The notes under the pieces were generated by a model that saw only the letters and a list, made by a program, of their open reading frames with translations, was not told the DNA's origin and made no database searches. From assembly GCA_002269645.1 (NCBI GenBank), contig NIVC01000657.1, positions 143,289 through 207,288 on the forward strand: a DNA stretch of 64,000 nt. The letters run 5' to 3'. This document shows, piece after piece, positions 63,986 through 64,000 of this stretch (the first letter of the stretch is position 1; every line of letters starts with the position of its first letter). The position numbers were made by a program, and so were the translations under genes. This stretch comes from Macrostomum lignano (lineage: Eukaryota).

Positions 63986-64000
63986 GATCATGAAACACTA

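Overview
Eukaryotic, intron-rich, very repeat-rich DNA; no prokaryotic features, rRNA, true tRNA or CRISPR. The style (poly-Ala/Gln/Asn inserts in conserved proteins, a different minisatellite in most long introns, splice acceptors directly before start codons) suggests a flatworm such as Macrostomum, which is inference only. Genes assembled by hand from GT/GC-AG boundaries and phase: an AAAP/SLC36-type amino-acid transporter (-), GTF3C5 (-), IFT52 (-), an OVCA2/FSH1 serine hydrolase (-), an orphan class A GPCR (+), and a cluster of four insulin-degrading-enzyme-like (M16A) paralogs at 42.2-64 kb. The lead candidate for a new system is that cluster. All three copies that have an N-terminal domain lack the HxxEH zinc motif, yet copy A is an uninterrupted ~1053-aa, 11-exon ORF, pointing to an expanded family of maintained pseudo-proteases. 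Also notable: GTF3C5 has no in-frame ATG before its conserved domain and OVCA2 has an ATG-less coding-like extension, both starting at phase-0 acceptors (possible spliced-leader-donated AUG in a co-oriented three-gene run). A tRNA-derived SINE family carries a covarying hairpin with hammerhead-core-like words, and hAT/MULE-type MITEs carry minisatellite arrays as cargo. All protein identities come from recalled family motifs; no database search was run.
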